A stretch of DNA of 64,000 nucleotides. Origin: an uncultured Actinomycetes bacterium. Its GTDB lineage: Bacteria > Actinomycetota > Thermoleophilia > Solirubrobacterales > Solirubrobacteraceae. The position numbers and the translations under genes were made by a program. The stretch covers positions 58,993 to 122,992 of the forward strand of contig CAWFMR010000050.1 in assembly GCA_963816845.1 (NCBI GenBank). Reading direction: 5' to 3'. The notes under the pieces were generated by a model that worked only from the letters and a program-made list of their open reading frames with translations, was not told where the DNA came from and ran no database searches. Positions 47,087 through 56,700 of the stretch are shown here, in pieces (position 1 is the stretch's first letter; every line of letters begins with the position of its first letter).

Positions 47087-47860
47087 CTGTTCCCGCTCAA
47101 GGACAACATCCCGACCGATCGCACGCCGATCGTCACGATCGCGCTGATCGCGATCAACGTCTTCGTCTACCTCTTCCTGCAGCCGAAGTCGGGGATCGAC
47201 TTCTCGGGCAACTCGCTGAGCCAGAGCGCCCTCTTTCATTACGGCGCGGTCCCGTACGAGCTCACGCACCCCGGCCAGCACTGCGAGCTCGTCCAGCAGG
47301 GGACGGCGGTCGCCTGCGACAAGCGCATCCAAGACGACATCCCGACGTGGGCGACCGTCTTCACGGGCATGTTCACCCACGCGGGCCTGCTGCACCTCGG
47401 CGGCAACATGCTCTTCCTGTGGATCTTCGGCAACAACGTCGAGGACTCCATGGGGCCGGTGCGCTTCGTCATCTTCTACCTGCTGGCCGGGATCGCGGCC
47501 CTGGCCCTGCAGGCCGCGATCTCGCCCGACTCGGCGGTGCCGACGCTGGGCGCGTCGGGCGCCATCGCGGGGGTGCTGGGCGGCTACATCGTCCTCTATC
47601 CGCGCGCGCGGGTGCTGACGCTGATCTTCCTCATCATCTTCTTCACCTTCCTCGAGCTGCCGGCCGTCCTCTTCCTCTTCATCTGGTTCGCCCAGCAGGC
47701 GGTCTTCGGCGCCGTCGGCCTGACCAACCCGAGCGGCAACGGAGGAGGCGTCGCGTACTTCGCCCACGTCGGCGGGTTCGTCTTCGGCCTGCTGGCCATC
47801 AAGCTGTTCGCGAAACGCCTGAGCGCGGCCTACGGCCAGCCGAAGTACCCCGTCTACTGA
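47087..47860 (+). CDS. Rhomboid-family intramembrane serine protease
   Basis: FPLKDNIPT N-terminus, HLGGNMLFLWIFG, catalytic GASGAIAG, and HVGGFVFG. The only in-frame start candidate after the TAG at 47072 is CTG at 47087. The first ATG (47369) would remove TM1. Confidence 0.75.
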   Translation: MFPLKDNIPTDRTPIVTIALIAINVFVYLFLQPKSGIDFSGNSLSQSALFHYGAVPYELTHPGQHCELVQQGTAVACDKRIQDDIPTWATVFTGMFTHAGLLHLGGNMLFLWIFGNNVEDSMGPVRFVIFYLLAGIAALALQAAISPDSAVPTLGASGAIAGVLGGYIVLYPRARVLTLIFLIIFFTFLELPAVLFLFIWFAQQAVFGAVGLTNPSGNGGGVAYFAHVGGFVFGLLAIKLFAKRLSAAYGQPKYPVY

Positions 47861-48033
47861 TGCGGGGCGCGATCCTGCTGGTGGCGCTGCTCTCGGTCGG
47901 CGGCCTGCTCTACCTCACCGTGCACGCGGCGCTCCAGGGCGGGGTCGACATCCTCACCGTGCTCTCGGGGCTCGTCCTCGCCCTGTTCGGATTCGGGATC
48001 GTCGGCGCGCTGCTGCATCCTCCTGACCGATGA
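47860..48033 (+). CDS. Small two-TM membrane protein
   Basis: MRGAILLVALLSVGGLLYLTVHAALQGGVDILTVLSGLVLALFGFGIVGALLHPPDR. TGATG and ATGA overlaps join it to both neighbours. Confidence 0.45.
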   Translation: MRGAILLVALLSVGGLLYLTVHAALQGGVDILTVLSGLVLALFGFGIVGALLHPPDR

Positions 48034-48973
48034 GGCGCGCAGGAGTCCTGATCGCGGTGCTCGCGCTCGCCGGCTGCGGCGGCGGAGGCGCCGCCACCCA
48101 GGCCACGCACGGCGGGCGCACGCAGGTCGTGGCGGGGCCGCTGCAGGTCTCCAACGGGCCGGTGCAGGCGGCCGACCCGGGCGACCGTCCGCTGGCGCTC
48201 GGGCTGACCGGAGGCGTCCGACCCGGTGCGCGTGGCGTTCAAGCACCCCCCGCGCAGCGGCCTGCTCTTCGACCTCGACACCGGCGCGGTCCTGTGGCGC
48301 CGCCAGCCCGATCGCGTGCTGCCGATCGCCAGCCTGACGAAGATGATGACCGCGCTGCTCGTGGTCGACCGCGCGCCGCCCGACGCCAAGGTCCGCGTGA
48401 CCAAGGAGGCGCTGGCCTACAAGGGCTCGGCCGTGGGCGTGCTGCCCAAGGGCAAGCGCATCAAGCTCGAGACGATGCTCAACGGGCTGCTGCTGCCCTC
48501 GGGCAACGACGCCGCCATCGCGCTGGCCCAGCGCATGAGCGGCACCGTCGCCGCCTTCGTGGCGCACATGAACGAGCGCGCCGGCGACCTCGGCCTCACC
48601 TGCACGCGCTTCAGCTCGCCCGACGGCTTCGAGGACGCCGGCAACCACTCCTGCGCGATCGACCTCGCCGAGATGGCGCGCGCGGTCCTCGACCGCCCGC
48701 GGCTGGCGCGCATCGTCGCGCCGCCGGCGCGCCGTGCTGCCCTTCCCGATCAAGGGCGGGCGCATCTACCTCTTCAACAACAACCCGCTGCTGCGCACCG
48801 GCTACCCCGGGACGATCGGGATCAAGACCGGCTACACCGACGCCGCCGGGCGCTGCCTCGTCGCGGCGGCGCGCCGCAACGGGCGCCGCCTGGGCGTGGT
48901 CCTCCTGCACTCGCCCGACCCCGGCAAGCAGGCCACGCAGCTGCTCAACCGCGGCTTCGCCGCGGTGTCCTAG
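48030..48973 (+). pseudogene. D-alanyl-D-alanine carboxypeptidase (S11, PBP5/6-type) lipoprotein. Two +1 frame breaks as assembled, at about 48208-25 and 48715-30.
   Basis: Lipobox LALAGCGG. Next frame: DPVRVAFKHPP..PIASLTKMMT (SxxK)..LLPSGNDAA (SxN). Next frame: AVLPFPIKGGRIYLFNNNPLL..GIKTGYT (KTG). Length mod 3 = 2. Confidence 0.8.
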
Positions 48974-49548
48974 GCCGGTCGGTCGGCGACCAGCACGGCC
49001 AGGTCGCGGGCCTGCCAGCTCACGCGGGCGCGCAGCCCGGCGTCGCCCATCCACCGCAGCAGGTCGGGCACCGTGTCGGGCAGGTCGAAGCCGGCGTCCA
49101 GCGGTGTCACCACGTCGGCCGGATCCTCGGGCACGACGACGTCGGCCATGGCGAAGCGCCCGCCGGGCGCCAGCACGGCGGCGACGCGGGCGAAGAGGTC
49201 GGCCTTGCCCGGGCCGTCGAGGTGGTGGATGGCGAGCGCGGAGAAGACGAGGTCGAACGGCCCCTCGGGCAGCGGGTCGCGAAGATCCTGCAGGCGCAGG
49301 TCGGCCCCCGGAAGGTCGGCCGCGGCGAGCATGTGCTCGCTCGAGTCGACGCCGGTCAGCTGGGCGTGCGGATGGCGTTCGAGCACGCGCCGCGACGTGA
49401 CGCCCGACCCGGTCCCCAGCTCGAGCACGCGCCGCGCGTCGATCCCGTCCGTCGCGCGCGCCAGCTCGTCCTGGATGCGGTCGTAGTCCGGCACCTCCGC
49501 GCGGACCATCTCCAGGTAGCCGTCCGGATCCCAGTGGAACTGCGCCAT
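48970..49548 (-). CDS. Class I SAM-dependent methyltransferase
   Basis: 192 aa: VLELGTGSGVTSRRVLE...LVFSALAIHHL...LAPGGRF. Confidence 0.7.
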   Translation of the reverse strand: MAQFHWDPDGYLEMVRAEVPDYDRIQDELARATDGIDARRVLELGTGSGVTSRRVLERHPHAQLTGVDSSEHMLAAADLPGADLRLQDLRDPLPEGPFDLVFSALAIHHLDGPGKADLFARVAAVLAPGGRFAMADVVVPEDPADVVTPLDAGFDLPDTVPDLLRWMGDAGLRARVSWQARDLAVLVADRPA

Positions 49549-49561
49549 GCTCCGGCGAAGC

Positions 49562-50551
<990 letters not shown>

Positions 50552-50588
50552 GCTCGCTTATTCGGCGCGCGGGCCGGAAAATGGAGTG

Positions 50589-50605
50589 CTAAAGCGGCGC
50601 TTTAG
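50589..50605 (-). terminator. Hairpin ctaaagc-ggc-gctttag overlapping the GntR stop, followed on the minus strand by CACUCCAUUUUCC
   Basis: 7-bp perfect stem read from the sequence, with a short U-run 3' of it on the coding strand. Confidence 0.4.
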
Positions 50606-51225
50606 AGCTGCTCGAGGATGCCCGGCAGCGAGTCGCGGAAGTTGCCCTCGACGAGCGTGGAGGCCGCGTCGCGGTCGCCGTGCTCCAGCGCCTGGATGAT
50701 CTGCTCGTGCTGGTGCACCGAGCGGCTGACGAAGTCCTCGGCCGCCATGTAGTTGTACTCGTAGCGCAGCAGCAGGCGCTTGAGCGGGCGCAGGGTCGAG
50801 AGGAGCTGCTCGTTGCCGCAGTGGCGCACGAGCTCCTCGTGGAACTCGTAGTCGTGCGTGGCGGCGGCCATCGCGTCCGAGCGCTCCTCGGCCATCGCCG
50901 CGTTGATCTCGCGCAGCCGATCGACGGCCGCGGGCGGGAACTCGGGCGTGGTGCGCACGGCCAGGCCCTCGAGGAGGATGACCACGGGGTAGCCCTCGCG
51001 GACCTCGATCTCGCTCAGCGGGGCGACGGCGAAGCTGCCCCCGTCCTCGGGACGCACGAAGCCGTCGCGCTCCAGCCGGCAGAGGGCCTCGCGCACGACG
51101 GGCGGGTCGACCTCCAGCTGACCGGCCAGCTCGTCCTCGTCGAGGCGCGCCCCCGCGGCCATCTCGCCGCGCACGATCCGGCGCTCGATCTCGGTCCACG
51201 TACGTTCGCGAGTGCCGTGCCCCAT
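50602..51225 (-). CDS. GntR-family regulator (FadR/FCD C-terminal domain type)
   Basis: N-terminal wHTH: LDEDELAGQLEVDPPVVREALCRLERDGFV. FCD-like helical C-terminal domain with H..H..H residues (HDYEFHEELVRH...HQHEQII). Confidence 0.8.
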   Translation of the reverse strand: MGHGTRERTWTEIERRIVRGEMAAGARLDEDELAGQLEVDPPVVREALCRLERDGFVRPEDGGSFAVAPLSEIEVREGYPVVILLEGLAVRTTPEFPPAAVDRLREINAAMAEERSDAMAAATHDYEFHEELVRHCGNEQLLSTLRPLKRLLLRYEYNYMAAEDFVSRSVHQHEQIIQALEHGDRDAASTLVEGNFRDSLPGILEQL

Positions 51226-51308
51226 GGTGTCGAGATTACCTCGTGGGCCCGCGCGAACGGCGGTGCCGGCGCCGGCCGATCGCGCGGCTACGTATATTCC
51301 CCTGGACC

Positions 51309-51320
51309 GACTGGCCAGTC
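51309..51320. promoter_or_regulatory. Perfect 12-bp palindrome GACTGGCCAGTC (candidate GntR operator), 17 nt upstream of the acyl-CoA dehydrogenase start
   Basis: Read from the sequence. A TATATT (-10-like) element lies at about 51293-51298, just upstream. Confidence 0.4.
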
Positions 51321-51336
51321 AGCCAAAGGAGCACGC

Positions 51337-52563
51337 GTGGACCTGAACGACACCCCGCAGCAGGCCGAGTTCCGCCAGAGGGTGCGCGCCTGGCTGCAGG
51401 AGCACAAGGCGCAGGCGCCCGAGGCACGCAGCACGCGGGCCGGAGCCGAGGACGACGCGTACGTCGACGCGCGCCGGCGCTGGCAGGGCCAGCTCGCCGA
51501 GGGCGGCCTCGCGGGCGTCACCTGGCCGGTCGACGTCGGCGGCCAGGGACAGGGGCCGATCGAGCAGGTCATCGTCAGCCAGGAGATCGCGCGGGCGGGC
51601 GTGCCCGGGCATCCTCGACGTCATCGGCGTCGGCATGCTCGGCCCGACGATCATCGCCCACGGCACCGAGGAGCAGAAGGCGCCGCTACCTCGGGCCGAT
51701 GCTGCACGGCGACGAGGTCTGGTGCCAGCTCTTCTCCGAGCCGGCCGCCGGCTCGGACCTCGCGGCGGTGCAGACGCGCGCCCGCCTCGAGGACGACGGC
51801 ACCTGGGTGCTCAACGGCCAGAAGGTGTGGACGACCAACGCGCAGTTCGCCGCCTTCGGCCTGCTGCTCGCGCGCACCGACCCCGAGCTGCACAAGCACA
51901 AGGGCCTGACCATGTTCGTCCTGCCGATGGACGCCGAGGGCGTCACCGTCCGCGGCCTGCGCCAGATCTCGGGCGAGGCCGAGTTCAACGAGGTCTTCCT
52001 CGACGACGTGCGCCTGCCCGCCGACGCCGTCGTCGGCCAGGTCAACGACGGCTGGCGCACCGCGCTGACCACGCTCATGTTCGAGCGCGTGACGATCGGC
52101 CTGGGCTCCGAGGGCATGGGCTACAAGGAGGACCGCTTCGCGCGAGCCATCGCCGCCGACGCCGACGCCGCGCCGCGACCCCGAGATCCGCAAGCGCCTG
52201 GGCGAGATCGGCGTCGACCTGCTGGCCATCAAGTTCACCGGCTACCGGACGCTGACCGCGCTGGCCAAGGGCCAGATCCCCGGCCCGGAGGCCGGGCTGG
52301 CCAAGGTGACGACGGTCAACGCCGCCATCGCCGCCGGCGAGCTCATCGCCGACGTGCTCGGCCCCGACGCCCTCGACGAGGACGACCAGTGGGCCTACAT
52401 GATCTCGTTCCTGCCCGGCCTGAAGTCCGCCGGCGGGACCGAGGAGATCCTGCGCAACACGATCGGCGAGCGGGTGCTGGGCCTGCCGCCCGAGCCGCGC
52501 CTGGACAAGGGCGTGCCCTTCAGCGAGCTGCGCGCCAAGGAGAAGGAGGCCGCGGCCGTATGA
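51337..52563 (+). pseudogene. Acyl-CoA dehydrogenase family protein (subunit 1 of an adjacent pair). Three +1 frame breaks as assembled, at about 51604-10, 51680-88 and 52166-76.
   Basis: GTG at 51337 after AAAGGAG. Spliced translation, in order: VDLNDTPQQAEFRQRVRAWL..IVSQEIARAGVPG; ILDVIGVGMLGPTIIAHGTEEQKA; RYLGPMLHGDEVWCQLFSEPAAGSDLAAVQTRA..WVLNGQKVWTT..; DPEIRKRLGEIGVDLLAIKF..GGTEEILRNTIGERVLGLP. Length mod 3 = 0, which equals 3 mod 3. Confidence 0.8.
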
Positions 52564-53679
52564 ACCTCGCACTGTCCGACGAGCAGGAGTTCCTGCGCGA
52601 GGCCGCGCGCGGCGCGCTCTCGCGCGTGAAGACCATCGAGGCCGCTCGCGAGGCGCTCGAGGGCGGCACCCTGCCCGACCTGTGGCCGACGGTGGTCGAG
52701 GCCGGCTGGCCCGGACTGCTGATCGACGAGGACCACGGCGGCGCCGGGCTGAGCGCCTTCGACGCCATGCTCGTCGCGCAGGAGTGCGGCCGCGTGCTGG
52801 CCGGCGCGCCGCTGCTCGGGCTGCTGCCCGCCAGCGCGCTGCTGCAGGCGGCGGGCGACGCGTCGCTGGACGCCGTGGCCACCGGCGACGTGCGCCCGGC
52901 GTGGCTGCCCGCGCGCCCGCCCGGCGACCTCGTCGAGGGCTGGACGGTCGACGCGCGCAGCGGCAAGCACCGCGCCGACGCGCCGCGCGCGACGGTCGAC
53001 GGCGAGAGCGTGAGCTTCACCGGCGAGGTGGCCTGGGTGCCCGACGCGCCCGGGCGCCGACCTGCTCGTCGTCGTCGGCGTCGACGAGTCCGGCGCGCCC
53101 GTCGCGGGCGCCGTCGAGGCGAGCGCCGCCCGGGTCGAGGCAGTGACGCGCTACGACGCGACCCGCTCGCTCGGGCACGTGCACGCTCGAGGGCGCCGCC
53201 GGGCGCCGCCTCGACGTCGACCGAGGAGCAGCTCGCGCGCGCGTGGTACCTGGCGCAGGCGCTGCTGGCCGCCGAGTCGCTCGGAGCGGTCGAGACCGCG
53301 CTGGAGATGGCCGTCGCAGTACGCCAAGGAGCGCTTCACCTTCGGCCGCGCCATCGGCTCCTACCAGGCCATCAAGCACGGCCTCACCGAGGTCCTGCGC
53401 CGCCAGGAGAACGCTCGCTCGCTGCTCTACTACACGGGCTGGGCCTTCGACGACCAGCCCGAGCAGTTCGCGCTGGCGGCCAGCGCGGCGCGCTCGGCCG
53501 CCGGCTCGGCGCTCGACTTCGCCGCGCGCCAGAACATCGTCACGCACGGCGGCATCGGGGCGACGTGGGAGCACGACGCGCCGCTGTTCTTCCGCCGCGC
53601 GCAGCTGTGCCGGCGGCTGCTCGGCGGAGCGGGCGACGCGACCGACCGCGTGGCCGCGGAGCTGCTCGCGGCGGCCTGA
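52560..53679 (+). pseudogene. Acyl-CoA dehydrogenase family protein (subunit 2 of the pair). Four +1 frame breaks as assembled, at about 53050-57, 53176-84, 53215-24 and 53311-22.
   Basis: ATGA overlap with the upstream ACAD. Spliced translation, in order: MNLALSDEQEFLREAARGAL..; ADLLVVVGVDESGAPVAGAVEA..TRYDATRSLGHV; TLEGAAGRRLDV; EEQLARAWYLAQALLAAESLGAVETALEMAV; YAKERFTFGRAIGSYQAIKHGLTEVLR...HGGIGATWEHDAPLFFRRA. Length mod 3 = 1, which equals 4 mod 3. Confidence 0.8.
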
Positions 53680-53707
53680 CCGCGAGCAGCCCCTGTCGCG
53701 GCGGTCA
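53677..53707. terminator. Hairpin spanning the 25-nt gap between convergent genes. The stem includes both stop codons (tga ccgcga ... tcgcgg cgg tca).
   Basis: The 6-bp ccgcga/tcgcgg stem is extended by TGA/TCA across a 3-nt bulge. Read from the sequence. Confidence 0.3.
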
Positions 53708-56700
53708 GCTCTTGCCGATGGTCAGGAAGTTCAGCGGGCAGAAGAGCAGCGTGGCGGGGTCGCTCTTCGACTGCGCCGGCGCCACGGCGGTGAACGAGTA
53801 GACCAGCTTGTCGGCCTGCACCGGCGCGTCGGTGATCGGCTCCGGAGCCGCGGCGGCCGACGACCGGTCCGCCGTCCGAGCGCTCAGCGCCACCGACTGC
53901 GTCTGCGCCTGGGCCGTCGCTCCGCCCGCCGGCGGCGCGGCGCTCTTGAGCACCAGCGTGGCCGCCAGCCACGGGGTGCTGGCCCCGGTCCTGGTGGTCG
54001 GATTGGCGGTGGTGCCAGTGGCCGTCAGGACGCGGTCCTGGGCCAGCAGCTCCATGTCGCCCGTCGGGGAGACGTTGGTGCGCACCGTGTAGGTCGGGTC
54101 GCCGGTGAGGGCGTTGCCGAAGCCCGAGTCGGCGTAGAAGCCCATCGCCAGCTCACCGGCAGCGGTACTGGCCGCGGTCGCCCCCGAGGACACGTTGCCG
54201 GCCGCGCTGGTCGTGCCCGTCGCGGTCTTGAGCACGTCGACCACGCCCGTCCCCGCCGCGGTCGACAGGCCCGAGTACTCGAGCACGCTGGCGCCGATGT
54301 CGGCGCTCCCCGTGGTCGTGACGGTGACCGTCGGTCGCGTCCCGCCGCCCGCCGTGATCGGCGCGCTCCACACGCTCAGCTCGGTGTCGTCGGACGCCTT
54401 GACCGACGTGAGCTTGGTGTAGGTGTTGCCGGCCGAGTCGGTCACGCCCGACGCGGTGGCCTTGCCGAAGCTCCACACGCCGACCTGCACGATCAGGCGG
54501 TTGCCGGTGGTGACGGCGGCCGTCGGCTGGAGCGCCAGGCTCGCGGCCACGCCGCGCTTGTTGACCTGCTGGACGAAGGCCAGGGCGCCGGCGACGGGCG
54601 CGGCCGGAGTCACCGGATCGGAGGCCGCCGACTGCGCGCTCGTGCCGACGGCGTTGGTCGCGCTGACCTTGAAGGTGTAGGCAGTGCCGTTGGTCAGCCC
54701 CGAGATCGTGGTGCTCGTCGCGGCCGGGTTGCCGGTGACGTCCTTGGGCGTCTGCGCCGTCGAGCCGATGTACGGGGTCACCGTGTACTTCGTGATCGTG
54801 CTGCCGCCGTCGTCGGGAGCCGACCAGCTCACCGTCGCCTGCCCGTCGCCCGCGGAGGCCGTCGGCTTGGCCGGCGTCGCCGGCGCGCCGAGCGTGCGCG
54901 ACATGCCGACCATGCTGGCGACCGAGGGCACGCCCTTGTCGTCGACGATGAAGAGCATGTAGGTGCCGGGCGGGGCCAGCGCGGCGGCCGCCGGCGCCTG
55001 CACGGTCAGCGAGCCGGAGTTGGCCGTGAAGCTCAGCGGGACGAAATGCTGGTCCATGTCGCTCTGGTGCGTGTCGGCGCCCAGCGAGACGAGGTTGACC
55101 GAGCGGATCGAGGCCGCGTCGGGCGTCGAGACGGTGAAGTTCGAGCCGTATGTGGCGCCCGCCGGAGCGTTGGCGATCGTCGGGCGCGAGCCGTTGAACA
55201 GGTACGGCGGCGAGTAGAACTGCGCGGAGAACTGCCCGGGGCCCGTGCCGCCGTTGTAGTGGCCGCCGCCGGCCACGAGCACGCGGCCGTCGGGCATGAG
55301 CACTGCGGTCGAGTGGTAGTTGCGGGCCGCCGCCATCGCGCCGACGTTGGTCCACGTCTCCGTGGCCGGGTCCCAGATCTCGGCGGTCAGCACGCCGCTC
55401 GTGACGATCGACTGGTCGCTCGAGTTCTCACCGCCGACGGCGAGGACGGTCCCGTCGGCCAGCATGGTCAGCGTGTGGTAGATGCGGGCGCTGTGCATCG
55501 AGGGCACCGTGCGCCACGCCGGCGTGCCGGCGTTGAGGTCGATGACGGCCGCGTTGGCCTTGGCCGTCGTCGAGGTCTGGACGCTCGGCGCCCCGCCGCT
55601 GTAGAGGATCTTGCCCGGGCGGTACATGACGGACGAGCCGTTGACGACGCCGCTGGCGCCGCCGACCGGCGTCCACGTCTTGGCGTCGACGTCGAGGAAG
55701 AACGAGTTGTCCTCCTGCGGCCCGATGGTGAAGACCTTGCCGTTCGGGGCGAGATAGCTGAACGGGTACTCCTCCTCGTGGACCTGGGGCGTCGAGACGC
55801 CCGTCAGCAACGTCCACGTGTCGGCCGCGGGGTCGTAGACCTCCGGCGTGTCGGCCCACGTCGTCTGGTTGGTCGAGTTGCCGCTGATGGCCACGTAGCG
55901 GCCGTCGGCGAGCTCGGTGAGCGACGGGTACCAGCGCGGCCGGTTCATGTCGGCGACGCGCTTCCACGTCCCCGTCGCGGGATCGAAGATCGTCGTGTCG
56001 GCCAGGCCGAGGTTGCCGGTGGTGAAGATGCCGTCGCCGCCGGCGGTGAGGATGCGCCCGTCGGGCAGGTGGACGTTGCCCGAGCAGAAGATGCTGCCCG
56101 GGGCGTTGATCGTCGTCGGGAAGGTCTGCGAGGTCGCGTTCCAGACGGCGGTCGGCTCGGGGTTCTGCCAGCCGTCCCAGATGAGCAGGTTGCCGTTCTT
56201 GAGCAGGACGGAGTGGACCGCGACCATCGGCCAGTTCATGAGGGCCGCCCACTGGCCGGCCGGCGAGCTCGCCGGCGTGACCGGATTGGAGGCGACCGAC
56301 GGCGCGCTCGTGCCGTTCGCGTTGGTGGCCGAGACCGTGAAGGTGTAGGTCGTGTTGTTGACCAGGCCCGTGACGGTGGTGGTCGTGGCCGGCGGGTTGC
56401 CGGTGACGACGGTCGGCGTCTGGGCGGTCGTGCCGACGTAGGGCGTGACGGTGTACTTCGTGATGGGGCTCCCGCCGTCGGCGGGCGCCGTCCAGCTCAC
56501 GGTCGCCTGCCCGTTGCCCGGCGAGGCCGTGACGCCATTGGGCGTGTTGGGCGGGCTCGGCGCCGCGGGCGCCGACGTCTTGAGGACGATGGTGGCGGCG
56601 ACCCACGGCGTGTTCGCGCCCGTCGCCGTCGTGGGGCTGGCGGTCGTGCCGGCGGTCGACAGGACGCGGTCCTGGACCAGGAGCTCCATGTCGTTGGTCG

